A stretch of DNA of 64,000 nucleotides from Alphaproteobacteria bacterium (GCA_964291395.2 OZ219856.1:2272001-2336000); one strand, 5' to 3'. Numbered from the stretch's first letter, positions 21,655 through 31,237 are shown. The notes: generated by a model from the letters alone, not told the origin. A program made the numbers and translations.

Positions 21655-22602
21655 ATGCAGTTCGGTTTCGGACTTCCGACTCGGGGTCCGCTCGCCAACC
21701 TCGACGGCGTGCGCACCATGGCGACACGAGGTGAAGAGCTGGGCTACGGCTATTTGACCGTTCCAGATCATCTCGTCATTCCGCGAACGTACGACCATGA
21801 GTATCCCTATTCCGACTCCGGCGAGATGCCGGGTGGAGGCTCGGGGGATTGTCTCGACCAACTGACCGTCATGACCTTCGCGGCGGCGATTACGACCAAG
21901 CCACGGCTTCTCACTTCGGTGCTGGTCGTTCCCCACCGGCCGGCGGTCTTGACGGCGAAGATGCTCTCGACCATCGACGTCCTGTCGAACGGACGTATCA
22001 GCGTCGGCGTCGGTGCCGGCTGGATGCGCGAGGAATTCGAGGCGCTCGGTGCGCCGCCCCATGCCGAACGGGGCAAGGTCACCAACGAATACATCCGGGC
22101 GTTCAAGGAACTGTGGACCGAGGACAGTCCGTCCATGCAGGGGGATTACGTCAATTTCTCGGATGTCATCTTCGAACCCAAGCCCGTCCAGAAGCCGCAC
22201 CCGCCGATCTTCGTCGGGGGCGAGAGCGGCCGGGCCCTGCGCCGCACGGTCGAGTTGGGTGACGCCTGGTACCCCCTCGGGGCGAACCCCAGGAACCGCA
22301 TGGACACGCGCGAACGCTACAAGGCCAACGTCGAAAGGCTCCATGCGCTCGCGACCGAGAGGGGTCGCGATCCTTCCACCATTACGCTGGCTTTCTGGGC
22401 CAATTGGGCCGGCGTGACCGAAACCGAGGCCGACGACGGCAGCCGCCGCCTGTTCATGGGCTCGCCGGAGGAAATCGCCAGCGACGTCGAATTCTTCCGC
22501 GAGATGAACGTCAGCGTGCTCAACTTCAATTTTCTCAGCCCGAGCCTGAGCGAAACGCTCGAGAAGATGGACCAATACGCGAAGGACATCCTCGCCCTGT
22601 AA
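21655..22602 (+). CDS. LLM-class F420-dependent oxidoreductase, paralog 3
   Basis: FGLPTRGP, PDHLVIP...YPY, GVGAGWMREEF, PKPVQKPHPP; AAGGAG RBS. Confidence 0.9.
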   Translation: MQFGFGLPTRGPLANLDGVRTMATRGEELGYGYLTVPDHLVIPRTYDHEYPYSDSGEMPGGGSGDCLDQLTVMTFAAAITTKPRLLTSVLVVPHRPAVLTAKMLSTIDVLSNGRISVGVGAGWMREEFEALGAPPHAERGKVTNEYIRAFKELWTEDSPSMQGDYVNFSDVIFEPKPVQKPHPPIFVGGESGRALRRTVELGDAWYPLGANPRNRMDTRERYKANVERLHALATERGRDPSTITLAFWANWAGVTETEADDGSRRLFMGSPEEIASDVEFFREMNVSVLNFNFLSPSLSETLEKMDQYAKDILAL

Positions 22603-22713
22603 CGCGCCGTTCCGGAGTCCTGTCAACCGCAAAGGGGACGCGGTACACGGACTTCGGTTTTTCGACTCCCATCCCGGAGCCGCGAAGCCCTATGGCCCTC
22701 GTGGCGACTCCGA

Positions 22714-23391
22714 CTACTGGTTCGCGGGGACGTAGTCTTCGAGGTAGCCGACCACCTCGCTCACGGGGACGACGTCGGCATACTTCTTGGCCATATCGTA
22801 AAGGTTCTGGAAATGCGGGCTCTCGTGCACATCTGCGACGCACTCCTCTGGCACGATGGTGCGGTAGCCGTGCTGCACGCTGTCGAGCACGGTTGAGCGG
22901 ATGCACCCGGAGGTCGAACCGCCGGTGACGATCACCGTGTCGATGCCGTACCAGACGCAGAGCGACGGCAAGTGCGTCTGGAAGAACGCCGACGCCCCCA
23001 CCTTTCGGTAGATCACGTCGCGGCTCCCGTCGACGGTCAGGCGGGGATCGAGCTCGGCCATCTTCGAGCCGATCTTTATGTTCTGCAGGGCGGTCGGGCT
23101 GTCGCTGCGGGTGCCCCGCACGCCGCAGTCGTGTCCGTTTTCCATGTAGGCCACATAGCACCACACGACCGGTAATCCCTTTGACCGCGCAATCCCGCAG
23201 ATCTCGTTGATGTAGTCCATCTGCTTGGGATCGGTGGAATAGGCGGAGTCGTATTCCTCTTCGAGCGTGAAGGCGCTCTGCACGTCGACGTTGACGATCA
23301 TGGGCTTGCGGCCAAAGCCGAATCTGCGCCGCGGCGGCGCCGACTTCAGATCCTCATACATCTGCCGGGCTGTCTTATTGGATAGTTCCAT
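22714..23391 (-). CDS. Isochorismatase-family cysteine amidohydrolase (NicF/N-carbamoylsarcosine amidase-like), copy 1
   Basis: Asp-Lys-Cys triad: VNVDVQ, RKVGASAF, GGSTSGCIRST. Confidence 0.9.
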   Translation of the reverse strand: MELSNKTARQMYEDLKSAPPRRRFGFGRKPMIVNVDVQSAFTLEEEYDSAYSTDPKQMDYINEICGIARSKGLPVVWCYVAYMENGHDCGVRGTRSDSPTALQNIKIGSKMAELDPRLTVDGSRDVIYRKVGASAFFQTHLPSLCVWYGIDTVIVTGGSTSGCIRSTVLDSVQHGYRTIVPEECVADVHESPHFQNLYDMAKKYADVVPVSEVVGYLEDYVPANQ

Positions 23392-23436
23392 GGCTCCGCC
23401 TTTCCTGGGAATCCGACGTTGTTCGTGAATGGTCGG

Positions 23437-24360
23437 CTATGCCTGTTCCTTGCAGGTGTCCAGAATTTCCGCCCCCGTGGCGGGCCAGACGCCGTCATGT
23501 CCGAGAATGTAGTCCAAGGCCTCTTTGAGATACCGGGCCCGGTAGGGATGCCCCATCACCCACGGATGCAGGGTGATCGACAGAATCCGTCCGCCGTATT
23601 GCCCGGCCTCGGCGTAAAGCACGTCGAACTGATCCTTGATCTGCTGCACGAATTCCGCCTCACGGTGGTGGAAGCGGAGCAGCACCTCCCGGTCGTCGAG
23701 TTCCACCGTGTGAGGCATGGCGAAGAGATTGCCGTCCTTCGTCCTGAAGGGGTACGGCATGTCGTCATTGCACCAATCGCACTGGTACTCAATGCCGTTC
23801 GCGGCCAGAAGGTCGGGGGTGTTGTCCGATTCGGACTTGCCGATGGACAACCAGCCGCGGACCGGCTGGCCCGTCGACTTGCGCAAAGACTCGACGCTGT
23901 CCTTGACCCAGTCGGCCTCCAGCTTCTCGTCCATACCCCCGTAGTGCATGCAGCCCATGTGCACGCCGTGGGCCATGACCTCCCACTCCCGCTTGTTGAT
24001 CTCTTCGACAACGCCGGGATAGCGCTCTCCGACCGCTGAATTCACCGCCACTGAGGCCTTGATTCCGAGTTCATCGAAAAGCTTGAAAAAGCGGAAAATA
24101 CCGACCCGCAAGCTGTAATCGCGATGGGAGTAATTCCGGTAGTCGGGATAGGGCCTGTTGAAGCCGCCGGGCGGCGGCACGGGCCCGGCCTTCATGTCCA
24201 TCGGGAACCATTGCAGCAGCGGCGTGATCCACAAGGCCACGCGCGCGTCGTTCGGCCATGTGACGGGCTTCTTGCGGAACAGGATCTCCCAGTCGTAGCG
24301 GTCGTGGTCCATCCCGTAGCCGCGGATCGGGTACCTGAGATAATCGTCGGGCAGGCTCAT
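23437..24360 (-). CDS. Polysaccharide-deacetylase-fold (PuuE-like) amidohydrolase, subunit/paralog B
   Basis: WPNDARVALW, HRDYSLRVG, MAHG, RGWLS, DWCNDDMPY, LHPWVMGHPYR. Confidence 0.87.
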   Translation of the reverse strand: MSLPDDYLRYPIRGYGMDHDRYDWEILFRKKPVTWPNDARVALWITPLLQWFPMDMKAGPVPPPGGFNRPYPDYRNYSHRDYSLRVGIFRFFKLFDELGIKASVAVNSAVGERYPGVVEEINKREWEVMAHGVHMGCMHYGGMDEKLEADWVKDSVESLRKSTGQPVRGWLSIGKSESDNTPDLLAANGIEYQCDWCNDDMPYPFRTKDGNLFAMPHTVELDDREVLLRFHHREAEFVQQIKDQFDVLYAEAGQYGGRILSITLHPWVMGHPYRARYLKEALDYILGHDGVWPATGAEILDTCKEQA

Positions 24361-24364
24361 GGCG

Positions 24365-25282
24365 TCACTCCGCGGTGGCGGCCGATTGCGCCGCGACGAC
24401 GTTGTCGTAGTGGTGTTCGAAGTAGTACTCGGCGATCTCGCGCCCCGTCGTCACCCAGACGTCGTCGTGACTGGTGACGTATTCGAGCGCCTCGGCGAAC
24501 GGCCCGACACGGTGCGGCTGGCCGACGAGGAACGGATGCAGCGGAATGCACATGACGGTGCCGTTCTCGGCCCCTTCCTCGTAGAGCTGATCGAACTGCC
24601 GCTTGATCACCTCGGTGTACTGACGCGGCGGGCTCGAGTTGATCTGGTGGTAGACCACGATGTCGTTCATCTCCAGCGAGTAGGGAATACTGATCAGCCG
24701 GCCTCTCTTGACCTTGACGGGCTGCGGCTGGTCGTCGTGGAAGAGGTCGCACGTGTAGAGGACTTCGTACTCGGCCAGCAGGTCGAGCGTCTGCTCGGTA
24801 TTGCTCAGCGCCGGTGACAGCCAGCCGGCCAGCTTCTGGCCGGACGCCTTCTTGATGGTCTCGATCACGTCCTCGATGAGTTCACGGTGCTGCGCCTCGC
24901 TCATGCCGTACTGGTAGCGGGTGTTGTAGACGCCGTGGGAGAACAGTTCCCAGTCGCGCTCGACGCAGGCCTCGATGATCTCGGGATGATGGTCGCAAAC
25001 GGCCACGTTGAGGGATACGCTGCCGCGTACGCCGTAGCGGTCCATCGCCTCCATCATGCGCCACACGCCCACCCGGTTTCCGTAGTCGCGGTGGGAGTAG
25101 AAGACGACGTCCGGCGCCGGCCTCGACATGTCCTGACGCGTCGGATTGGGCGGCGGATAGGTTTCGTAGAACTCGATATTGGGCGCGACCCAGAAGGCGA
25201 CGCGGGCGCCGTTCGGCCAAGTGATCTTCGGCCGGTTGTTGTACGGCGAATACTCGTAGATGCCGGGATCGCTGAGCGTCAC
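24365..25282 (-). CDS. Polysaccharide-deacetylase-fold (PuuE-like) amidohydrolase, subunit/paralog A
   Basis: WPNGARVAFWVAPNIEF, RDYGNRVGVWR, FSHG, GWLSP, HDDQP, LHPFLVGQPHR. Confidence 0.88.
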   Translation of the reverse strand: MTLSDPGIYEYSPYNNRPKITWPNGARVAFWVAPNIEFYETYPPPNPTRQDMSRPAPDVVFYSHRDYGNRVGVWRMMEAMDRYGVRGSVSLNVAVCDHHPEIIEACVERDWELFSHGVYNTRYQYGMSEAQHRELIEDVIETIKKASGQKLAGWLSPALSNTEQTLDLLAEYEVLYTCDLFHDDQPQPVKVKRGRLISIPYSLEMNDIVVYHQINSSPPRQYTEVIKRQFDQLYEEGAENGTVMCIPLHPFLVGQPHRVGPFAEALEYVTSHDDVWVTTGREIAEYYFEHHYDNVVAAQSAATAE

Positions 25283-25293
25283 GGTTCTCCTCC

Positions 25294-25968
25294 CTAGTCG
25301 TTCGCTGGAACGTACTCGTTGAGATGGTCGATCACCTCCCCGGCAGGTATCACATCAGCATACTTTGCCGCCATATCGTAGAGGTTGGCGAAATGCGGGC
25401 TCTCGTGCCGGTCCGAGGTGCATTCCTCGGGAACCACGGTGCGATAGCCGCTCTGCAGACTGTCCACCACGGTCGCACGCACGCAGCCGGAGGTCGACCC
25501 GCCGGTAACGATCATGGTGTCGGTCCGGTACCACACGCAGAGTGATGGCAAGTGCGTCTGGAAGAACGCCGACGCACCCCGTTTGTTGAAGACAATATCG
25601 TTGTCGCGGTCGACATGGCAGCGATCGTCGAGCTCCGCCTTGCGCGAGCCGACCTTGATGTTCTGCAAGGCATCGTCGTGCTGGTTCCGGGTCCCCCAGA
25701 CGCCGCAGTCATCGGCGTTCTCCATGTAGGCCACGTAGGTCCACACGACGGGCAGGTTCTTCGACCGGGCGATGTCGGAGATCTCGTTGATGTAGTCGAT
25801 CTGCTTCGGGTGCGTCGAATAGGCGGACGTGTAGTCGTCCTCCAGCGTGAAGGACTTCTGAACGTCGACATTGACGACCATCGGCCGCCTGCCGAAACCG
25901 AAACGCGGCTTCGGGTTGGCCTTGAGCTCCTCCCACATCTGACGAGCTGTCTTGTCCGAGAGTTCCAT
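25294..25968 (-). CDS. Isochorismatase-family cysteine amidohydrolase, copy 2
   Basis: VNVDVQ, NKRGASAF, GGSTSGCVRAT; close paralog of 22714..23391. Confidence 0.9.
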   Translation of the reverse strand: MELSDKTARQMWEELKANPKPRFGFGRRPMVVNVDVQKSFTLEDDYTSAYSTHPKQIDYINEISDIARSKNLPVVWTYVAYMENADDCGVWGTRNQHDDALQNIKVGSRKAELDDRCHVDRDNDIVFNKRGASAFFQTHLPSLCVWYRTDTMIVTGGSTSGCVRATVVDSLQSGYRTVVPEECTSDRHESPHFANLYDMAAKYADVIPAGEVIDHLNEYVPAND

Positions 25969-26095
25969 GGTCGCCCCTTCCTGTTCGTACCGCACATCGC
26001 GATCACGTTGCGCCTTGCGGTAACGTTACCGGGGCCGGACGGGGGTGGTAAAGTCGCTCCACGTCACCGGAACACACTTTCAGGAGCCCGAGACC

Positions 26096-26986
26096 GTGAC
26101 AGACAGCGCTACTGCGGCCTTCCGCCGGTTGCTCGCCGGACCCGACGTCATCATGGCGCCGGGCGCGCCGGACCCATTTTACGCCAGACTCGTTGCCCGC
26201 ACAGGGTTTCCGGCCGTCTACATGACCGGCGCGGGCACGACGGCCGTACGCCTCGGCATGCCCGATATCGGCCTCCTGACGATGACGGAAATGGTTGATA
26301 ACGCGGCACGCATCGTGGATGCCTCGGGGTTGCCCGTCATCGCCGATTGCGACAACGGCTATGGCGGACCGCTGAACGTCCGACGCGCGATTCAGAGCTA
26401 TGAGCGGGCCGGGGTCGCCGCCATTCACATGGAAGACCAGATCATTCCGAAGCGTTGCGGCCACTTCAGTGGAAAGCAGCTCGTTTCGGCAGAGGAGATG
26501 GTGACCAAGATCAAGGCGGCGGTCGATGCGAAGGCGGATTCCGATTTCGTCGTCATCGCCCGCACCGACGCCATCGCGGTGGAAGGGTTCGATGCGGCGA
26601 TGGACCGCGCCGCCATGTATGAAGAGGCTGGCGCCGACATGCTCTTCGTCGAAGCACCGACGGACACCAGGCAAATGGCGAAGATCGGAAACAGCTTCGG
26701 CGTCCCGCACGTCGCCAACCTGGCGTCGAGCCGCAAGACACCGCTGCTGCCCGCCGAGGAACTGGGGAAGCTCGGGTTCAAGCTCGTGATCTATCCCGGC
26801 TTGCTCCTGCTTTCGACGATCCGCGCGGCATTGAGTTGCCTCGATCATCTCAAGGAAAAGCGGACCTGGGCCGGCATGGAGGCAGACCTGCCCACCTTCG
26901 ACGAGATGCTCACCCTCATGGGGATGGAGGAGGTGGAGTCGCTCGAAGAACGTTACGCGCTTCCCGAACAAGGAGGAACGCGATGA
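26096..26986 (+). CDS. Isocitrate lyase/PEP mutase family C-C lyase (2,3-dimethylmalate/methylisocitrate lyase-like)
   Basis: YMTGAG, PDIGLL, ADCDNGYG, EDQIIPKRCGH, ARTDA. Confidence 0.9.
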   Translation: MTDSATAAFRRLLAGPDVIMAPGAPDPFYARLVARTGFPAVYMTGAGTTAVRLGMPDIGLLTMTEMVDNAARIVDASGLPVIADCDNGYGGPLNVRRAIQSYERAGVAAIHMEDQIIPKRCGHFSGKQLVSAEEMVTKIKAAVDAKADSDFVVIARTDAIAVEGFDAAMDRAAMYEEAGADMLFVEAPTDTRQMAKIGNSFGVPHVANLASSRKTPLLPAEELGKLGFKLVIYPGLLLLSTIRAALSCLDHLKEKRTWAGMEADLPTFDEMLTLMGMEEVESLEERYALPEQGGTR

Positions 26987-27984
26987 AAGTCGGCGTCTTC
27001 CTAGGCAGCCAGCATCCGCCCGAAGCGGACATCCGTCGGGAGTTCGAGCACACGGTCGAACAGACGCGCGCCATCCGCGACGCCGGTTTCGATTCGTTGT
27101 GGCTGGGACAGCACTACCTCACCTATCCCAACCAGTTCCTGCAGACCACGCCCCTGCTCGCCCGCCTGGCGGCGGAGACCGGCGATATGGCCGTCGGCAC
27201 CAACATGATCCTGCTGCCGCTGCACAACGTCGTCGATATCGCCGAACAGTATGCGACGATGGATGTCATCTCGGGGGGGCGCCTGATCCTGGGTGTCGGG
27301 CTCGGGTACCGCGACATCGAATTCCAGGGGCTCGCTGCCGACCGCGAGACGCGGGCGCCGCGGTTCGAAGAGCAGATCACCGCCCTGAAGCTGCTCTGGG
27401 AGGAGGACGACGCCACTTTCGAGGGCGAGCACGTCAAGTTCAAAAACCTCTCGATCCGCCCGAAGCCGCTGCAGAAGCCCAGGCCGGAGATCTGGATCGG
27501 CGCCACCGCGGATCCCGCCATCAAGCGCGCCGCGCGGATGGGCGACGCCTGGGCCGGGACCTCGGTCACGACGTTCGGCGAGATCAAGCGGCAGTTGCCC
27601 GTCTACCATCAGGCCCGCGAGGAGGCCGGCCTGCCGCCGCCCCAAGACATCGCCCGCAACGTCGAGGTCTTCGTCGCCGAGACTCGCGAGAAGGCCTGGG
27701 AAGAAGGCGGGCAGTACATCGCCAGGAAATTCGAGACCTACTTTTCCTGGGGCATGGACAAGAACATCGGCGACGACGGAAACGCGGAGATGTCCCTCGA
27801 AGACCTTGCGGAAGACAGGTTCATCGTCGGCGATCCCGAGGACTGCATCCGCGGCTGCCTCCAACACCGGGATGCGGGCATCACCCATCTGCAGATCCGC
27901 CTCAACTTCCCCGGCATCCCTCACGCCTCGGTGATCAGGGCGATCGAGCTATTCGGCGCGAAAGTCCTGCCGCGCCTGCGATAG
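26983..27984 (+). CDS. Luciferase-like (LLM) flavin/F420-dependent oxidoreductase
   Basis: GFDSLWLGQHY, SGGRLILGVGLGYR, PKPLQKPRPEIWIGA; ATGA overlap with the upstream gene. Confidence 0.88.
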   Translation: MKVGVFLGSQHPPEADIRREFEHTVEQTRAIRDAGFDSLWLGQHYLTYPNQFLQTTPLLARLAAETGDMAVGTNMILLPLHNVVDIAEQYATMDVISGGRLILGVGLGYRDIEFQGLAADRETRAPRFEEQITALKLLWEEDDATFEGEHVKFKNLSIRPKPLQKPRPEIWIGATADPAIKRAARMGDAWAGTSVTTFGEIKRQLPVYHQAREEAGLPPPQDIARNVEVFVAETREKAWEEGGQYIARKFETYFSWGMDKNIGDDGNAEMSLEDLAEDRFIVGDPEDCIRGCLQHRDAGITHLQIRLNFPGIPHASVIRAIELFGAKVLPRLR

Positions 27985-28053
27985 GAGATCCTCACCCGGC
28001 CGAGGATGCTGCCCTTCGGGCACCCGGAATAGAGCCAGGGTGAGGGCGCGCGC

Positions 28054-28815
28054 CTATCCCCGCGTCTCCTTTCCGGCCCGGAGCATGGCGTGGATCATGT
28101 CCGGGTGCGGGTCGAGGGGCTTGGGATAGGCCTTGCGGCTGTGCGTGAGTTTGAGGTCGAGGACCGACTCGACGAGCTTGTAGGTGAGCGGACCCGGATT
28201 GACGACGGGGATCGGCAAGGTCTCGGCCAGATACTCTGCCGCCTGGTGCATGGTCGTCGAACCCAGGCAGACCACGTCCGCGCCTGCCGCCATCGCCTCC
28301 TCGCAAGCGGCCTTCATCTTCGGAAAGACCTTGTCCTCCTTGCCGTCGAGCAGGTTGGCGTAGTCCGGCGGCACGTCGAAGTTTACCACCGCGGCACAGA
28401 AGTCCTCGAGCCCGAGCGCGCGGATCATCTTGGTGGTCCGCGCGACGGCGTAGTCCCACTGACAGATGATGGAGAACTTGTTGCCGAGCGTCAGGCAGAA
28501 CAGCATCGCTGCCTTCCCCGGCGCGATGACCGGAATATCGAGCACCGACCTGAGCGCATCGAGACCCGAATCGCTCATGGTATCGATGCAAACGGCGTCG
28601 TAACCCTCGTCCTGCGCGCTCAACCCGGCCTCGAAGATCGCCATGTCCATGAGCACGAAATCGTGGGGACTCATATAGCTCTTCGGGCCCGCCGTAACGC
28701 CGCGGAAGTCGAATTCGACATCCGGGCCCAGGCGGACATAATCGAGCTGGGCGCGCCGATTGGCGATGCCGCTTTCATCGAGCGCGAACGGCACCAGAAC
28801 CAAAGCCTTGGCCAT
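28054..28815 (-). CDS. Asp/Glu/hydantoin racemase-family protein (non-canonical active site), copy 1
   Basis: GYDAVCIDTMSDSGLDALRSVLDIPVIAPG, GADVVCLGSTTM, IPVVNP. Confidence 0.85.
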   Translation of the reverse strand: MAKALVLVPFALDESGIANRRAQLDYVRLGPDVEFDFRGVTAGPKSYMSPHDFVLMDMAIFEAGLSAQDEGYDAVCIDTMSDSGLDALRSVLDIPVIAPGKAAMLFCLTLGNKFSIICQWDYAVARTTKMIRALGLEDFCAAVVNFDVPPDYANLLDGKEDKVFPKMKAACEEAMAAGADVVCLGSTTMHQAAEYLAETLPIPVVNPGPLTYKLVESVLDLKLTHSRKAYPKPLDPHPDMIHAMLRAGKETRG

Positions 28816-28857
28816 GGCTTTTCTCCTTTCCCGGAAGGCCGGCCCCGGAGGACGGTC

Positions 28858-29637
28858 CTATGGGTTCTTCTGTACCTCGACCGCGCCGTCCAGCATGGCG
28901 CGAAGCGTCTCGTCGACCCGCACGATAGGCGGCTTGTAGTACTGACGGCTATGCGAGAGACCCAGCCCGAGCACGGCTTCGGCAAGCTTGTAGGACACCG
29001 GACCCGGATTGATGATCGGCACGGGTATCTTGCCGGATAGATGCACGTGAGCCTGGTGCATCGAGGTCGATCCGAGACAGATGACGTCGGCGCCACGGTC
29101 GTTGATCAGAGCCCAGCAACCCTCCTCAAGCTGCCCGAAGGTCTCCTCCTCCTTGCCGCTGAGCAGGTTCCGGTTGTCCACAGCCGCGTCGATGCTATGC
29201 ACGCCCACGAACTTGTGGCCGATACCAAGCTCTTCCAGAGTCTTTTTGTAGAGCCCCGACCAGCGCTCCCACATCGCCAACACGCCGAACTTGTCCCCGA
29301 GCAGCATGGCCAGCAGGAACGACGCCCGCCCTGGACCGATAACGGGAATATCGAGAACGGTCCGCAGCGCGGCAACGCCGGAGTCGCTGACGGTGTCGAT
29401 GCACACGGCGTCGTAACCATCCTCCTGGGCGCTGAGGCCCGCTTCGAGAACGACGATGTCGCCGATGCTCCAGTCATAGGGGCTCACCAGGTTGCCGCCC
29501 GCCGCGCGGACCGGCCGGTAGTCGAATTCGATGTCGGGGCCGAAATCGAGCGAGGCGTGCTGCTGTTGCCGGAACCCGAGCTGTTCCTCCGTCATCGGGA
29601 ACGGAACAATGACCAAGACTCTCTTCTTTCTCGCCAC
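28858..29637 (-). CDS. Asp/Glu/hydantoin racemase-family protein (non-canonical active site), copy 2
   Basis: GYDAVCIDTVSDSG, GADVICLGSTSM; GTG start with GGGAGG RBS. Confidence 0.85.
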   Translation of the reverse strand: MARKKRVLVIVPFPMTEEQLGFRQQQHASLDFGPDIEFDYRPVRAAGGNLVSPYDWSIGDIVVLEAGLSAQEDGYDAVCIDTVSDSGVAALRTVLDIPVIGPGRASFLLAMLLGDKFGVLAMWERWSGLYKKTLEELGIGHKFVGVHSIDAAVDNRNLLSGKEEETFGQLEEGCWALINDRGADVICLGSTSMHQAHVHLSGKIPVPIINPGPVSYKLAEAVLGLGLSHSRQYYKPPIVRVDETLRAMLDGAVEVQKNP

Positions 29638-29826
29638 GGGAACCTCCCTGTCCTGCATCGCCACGCGTATAGCGCGTGGCGCCAGCACGGAATTACAGGG
29701 TAGCCGCCAAGGGAGTCAACGCGGCCGCCGTATCGGAGTCGGCCGGTGACTGGTTGGGTGGGAAACGTGCGCGTTATAGTGATCCTGGAATTCGACGTGC
29801 GACCAGCCGATGGAGAGGACACAGCG

Positions 29827-31224
29827 ATGGGAATCATCAGATCCGGTGACCGGTTGTTCGACATCTCCGTTCCCGTTGCCGTGATCGGAGCCGGCGCCTG
29901 CGGCTGCAGCGCGGCGCTGGCCGCGAACGAACGCGGCGCCGGCGTTCTGATGATCGAGCGCGACGATCCGCCGGCGGGCAGCACATCCCTGTCCGGCGGA
30001 CAGATTCCCGCCGCCGGCACCAGGCTCCAGAAGGCGGCGGGCATCGACGACACGCCGGAGGATTTCGCCGAGGAGATACTCGAGAAGGCGCGGCATCAAA
30101 CCGACGCGGAGATGGCGCTCGCCGTCTCTCGTGGCTCTACCGTGACCGTGGATTGGCTGGTCGACACCTACGGCGCGCCGCTGGAGGTCCTGACCGATTT
30201 CTTCTACCCCGGCCACAAGAAGCACCGCATGCACGGCACGCCCAACCGGGATGGCGCCGAATTGCTGACCTGCCTCCTCGAGGCGGTCTCGCGCGAAGGG
30301 ATCGACATGCTGACGGCCGCGGTGGCCACCGACCTCTACGCCGACGAGGACGGCAAGGTCACGGGCGTGCGCATCCGGCGCCCGGACGGGAGCAGTGAGG
30401 ACGTCGGTTGCGGCGCCCTGGTCTTGGCCTGCAACGGATTCGGCGGTAGTCCTGAGATGGTCAGGGAGTACATACCGGAGATCGCCGATGCTCTCTACTT
30501 CGGTCACGTGGGCAACAAGGGAGACGCGGTGAAGTGGGGTTTGGAGCTCGGTGCCGACATCGCCGACATGGGCAGCTACCAGGGCCACGGCGCCGTCGCG
30601 ACGCCCCACAACACGCACATCGGCTGGCCCTCGATCACCGAGGGCGGGATCATGGTCAACACGGATGGCAAGCGCTTCAGCCACGAGAACCGGGGCTATT
30701 CCGAACAAGCCATCGAGGTCATCCGCCAGCCCGGCAACTTCGCCTGGACGATCTTCAACGAGACCGCCCACGACGTCGCCATGCAGTTCAACCACCAGCG
30801 GGAGTCGGTGGAGGCCGGCGCGGTCCGCGTGGCGGAAACCTTCGACCAACTGGTGGAGGTCACCGAGCTGCCCGAAGATGCGCTGGCCGAGACCATCGCC
30901 GAGGTCAACGATATCCTGGCAGGAAGGAAGACCGACCCCTTCGGCCGGGACTTCGGCGGCAAGGCGCCGTTGGAACCTCCGTACTACACGGTCAAGGTGA
31001 CCGGAGCTCTCTTCCACACCCAGGGCGGTCTGGTCATCGACCCCGAAGCACGGGTCCTGCGCAGGGGCACCAGGCAGCCGCTGCCCAATCTGTTCGCAGG
31101 GGGCGGCGCCGCACGCGGCCTCACCGGTCCGTCTTGCTGGGGCTACACCTCCGGTGCCGGCCTGATGACCGCGACCACGCTCGGCCGGCTCGGCGGCGAA
31201 GGCGCCGCCGCGATCGTCTCCTGA
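29827..31224 (+). CDS. FAD_binding_2 flavoprotein (flavocytochrome c/TcuA/KstD-like), copy 1
   Basis: VIGAGACG, GSTSLSGG, LACNGFG, GKRFSHE, LFHTQGGL, NLFAGGG. Confidence 0.88.
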   Translation: MGIIRSGDRLFDISVPVAVIGAGACGCSAALAANERGAGVLMIERDDPPAGSTSLSGGQIPAAGTRLQKAAGIDDTPEDFAEEILEKARHQTDAEMALAVSRGSTVTVDWLVDTYGAPLEVLTDFFYPGHKKHRMHGTPNRDGAELLTCLLEAVSREGIDMLTAAVATDLYADEDGKVTGVRIRRPDGSSEDVGCGALVLACNGFGGSPEMVREYIPEIADALYFGHVGNKGDAVKWGLELGADIADMGSYQGHGAVATPHNTHIGWPSITEGGIMVNTDGKRFSHENRGYSEQAIEVIRQPGNFAWTIFNETAHDVAMQFNHQRESVEAGAVRVAETFDQLVEVTELPEDALAETIAEVNDILAGRKTDPFGRDFGGKAPLEPPYYTVKVTGALFHTQGGLVIDPEARVLRRGTRQPLPNLFAGGGAARGLTGPSCWGYTSGAGLMTATTLGRLGGEGAAAIVS

Positions 31225-31237
31225 CCCGGAGACCGCC

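Noticed and set aside
21127-22632. 501-aa apparent PPOX fusion
   Set aside because: The upstream part is antisense to LLM paralog 3; only the last ~141 aa are real.
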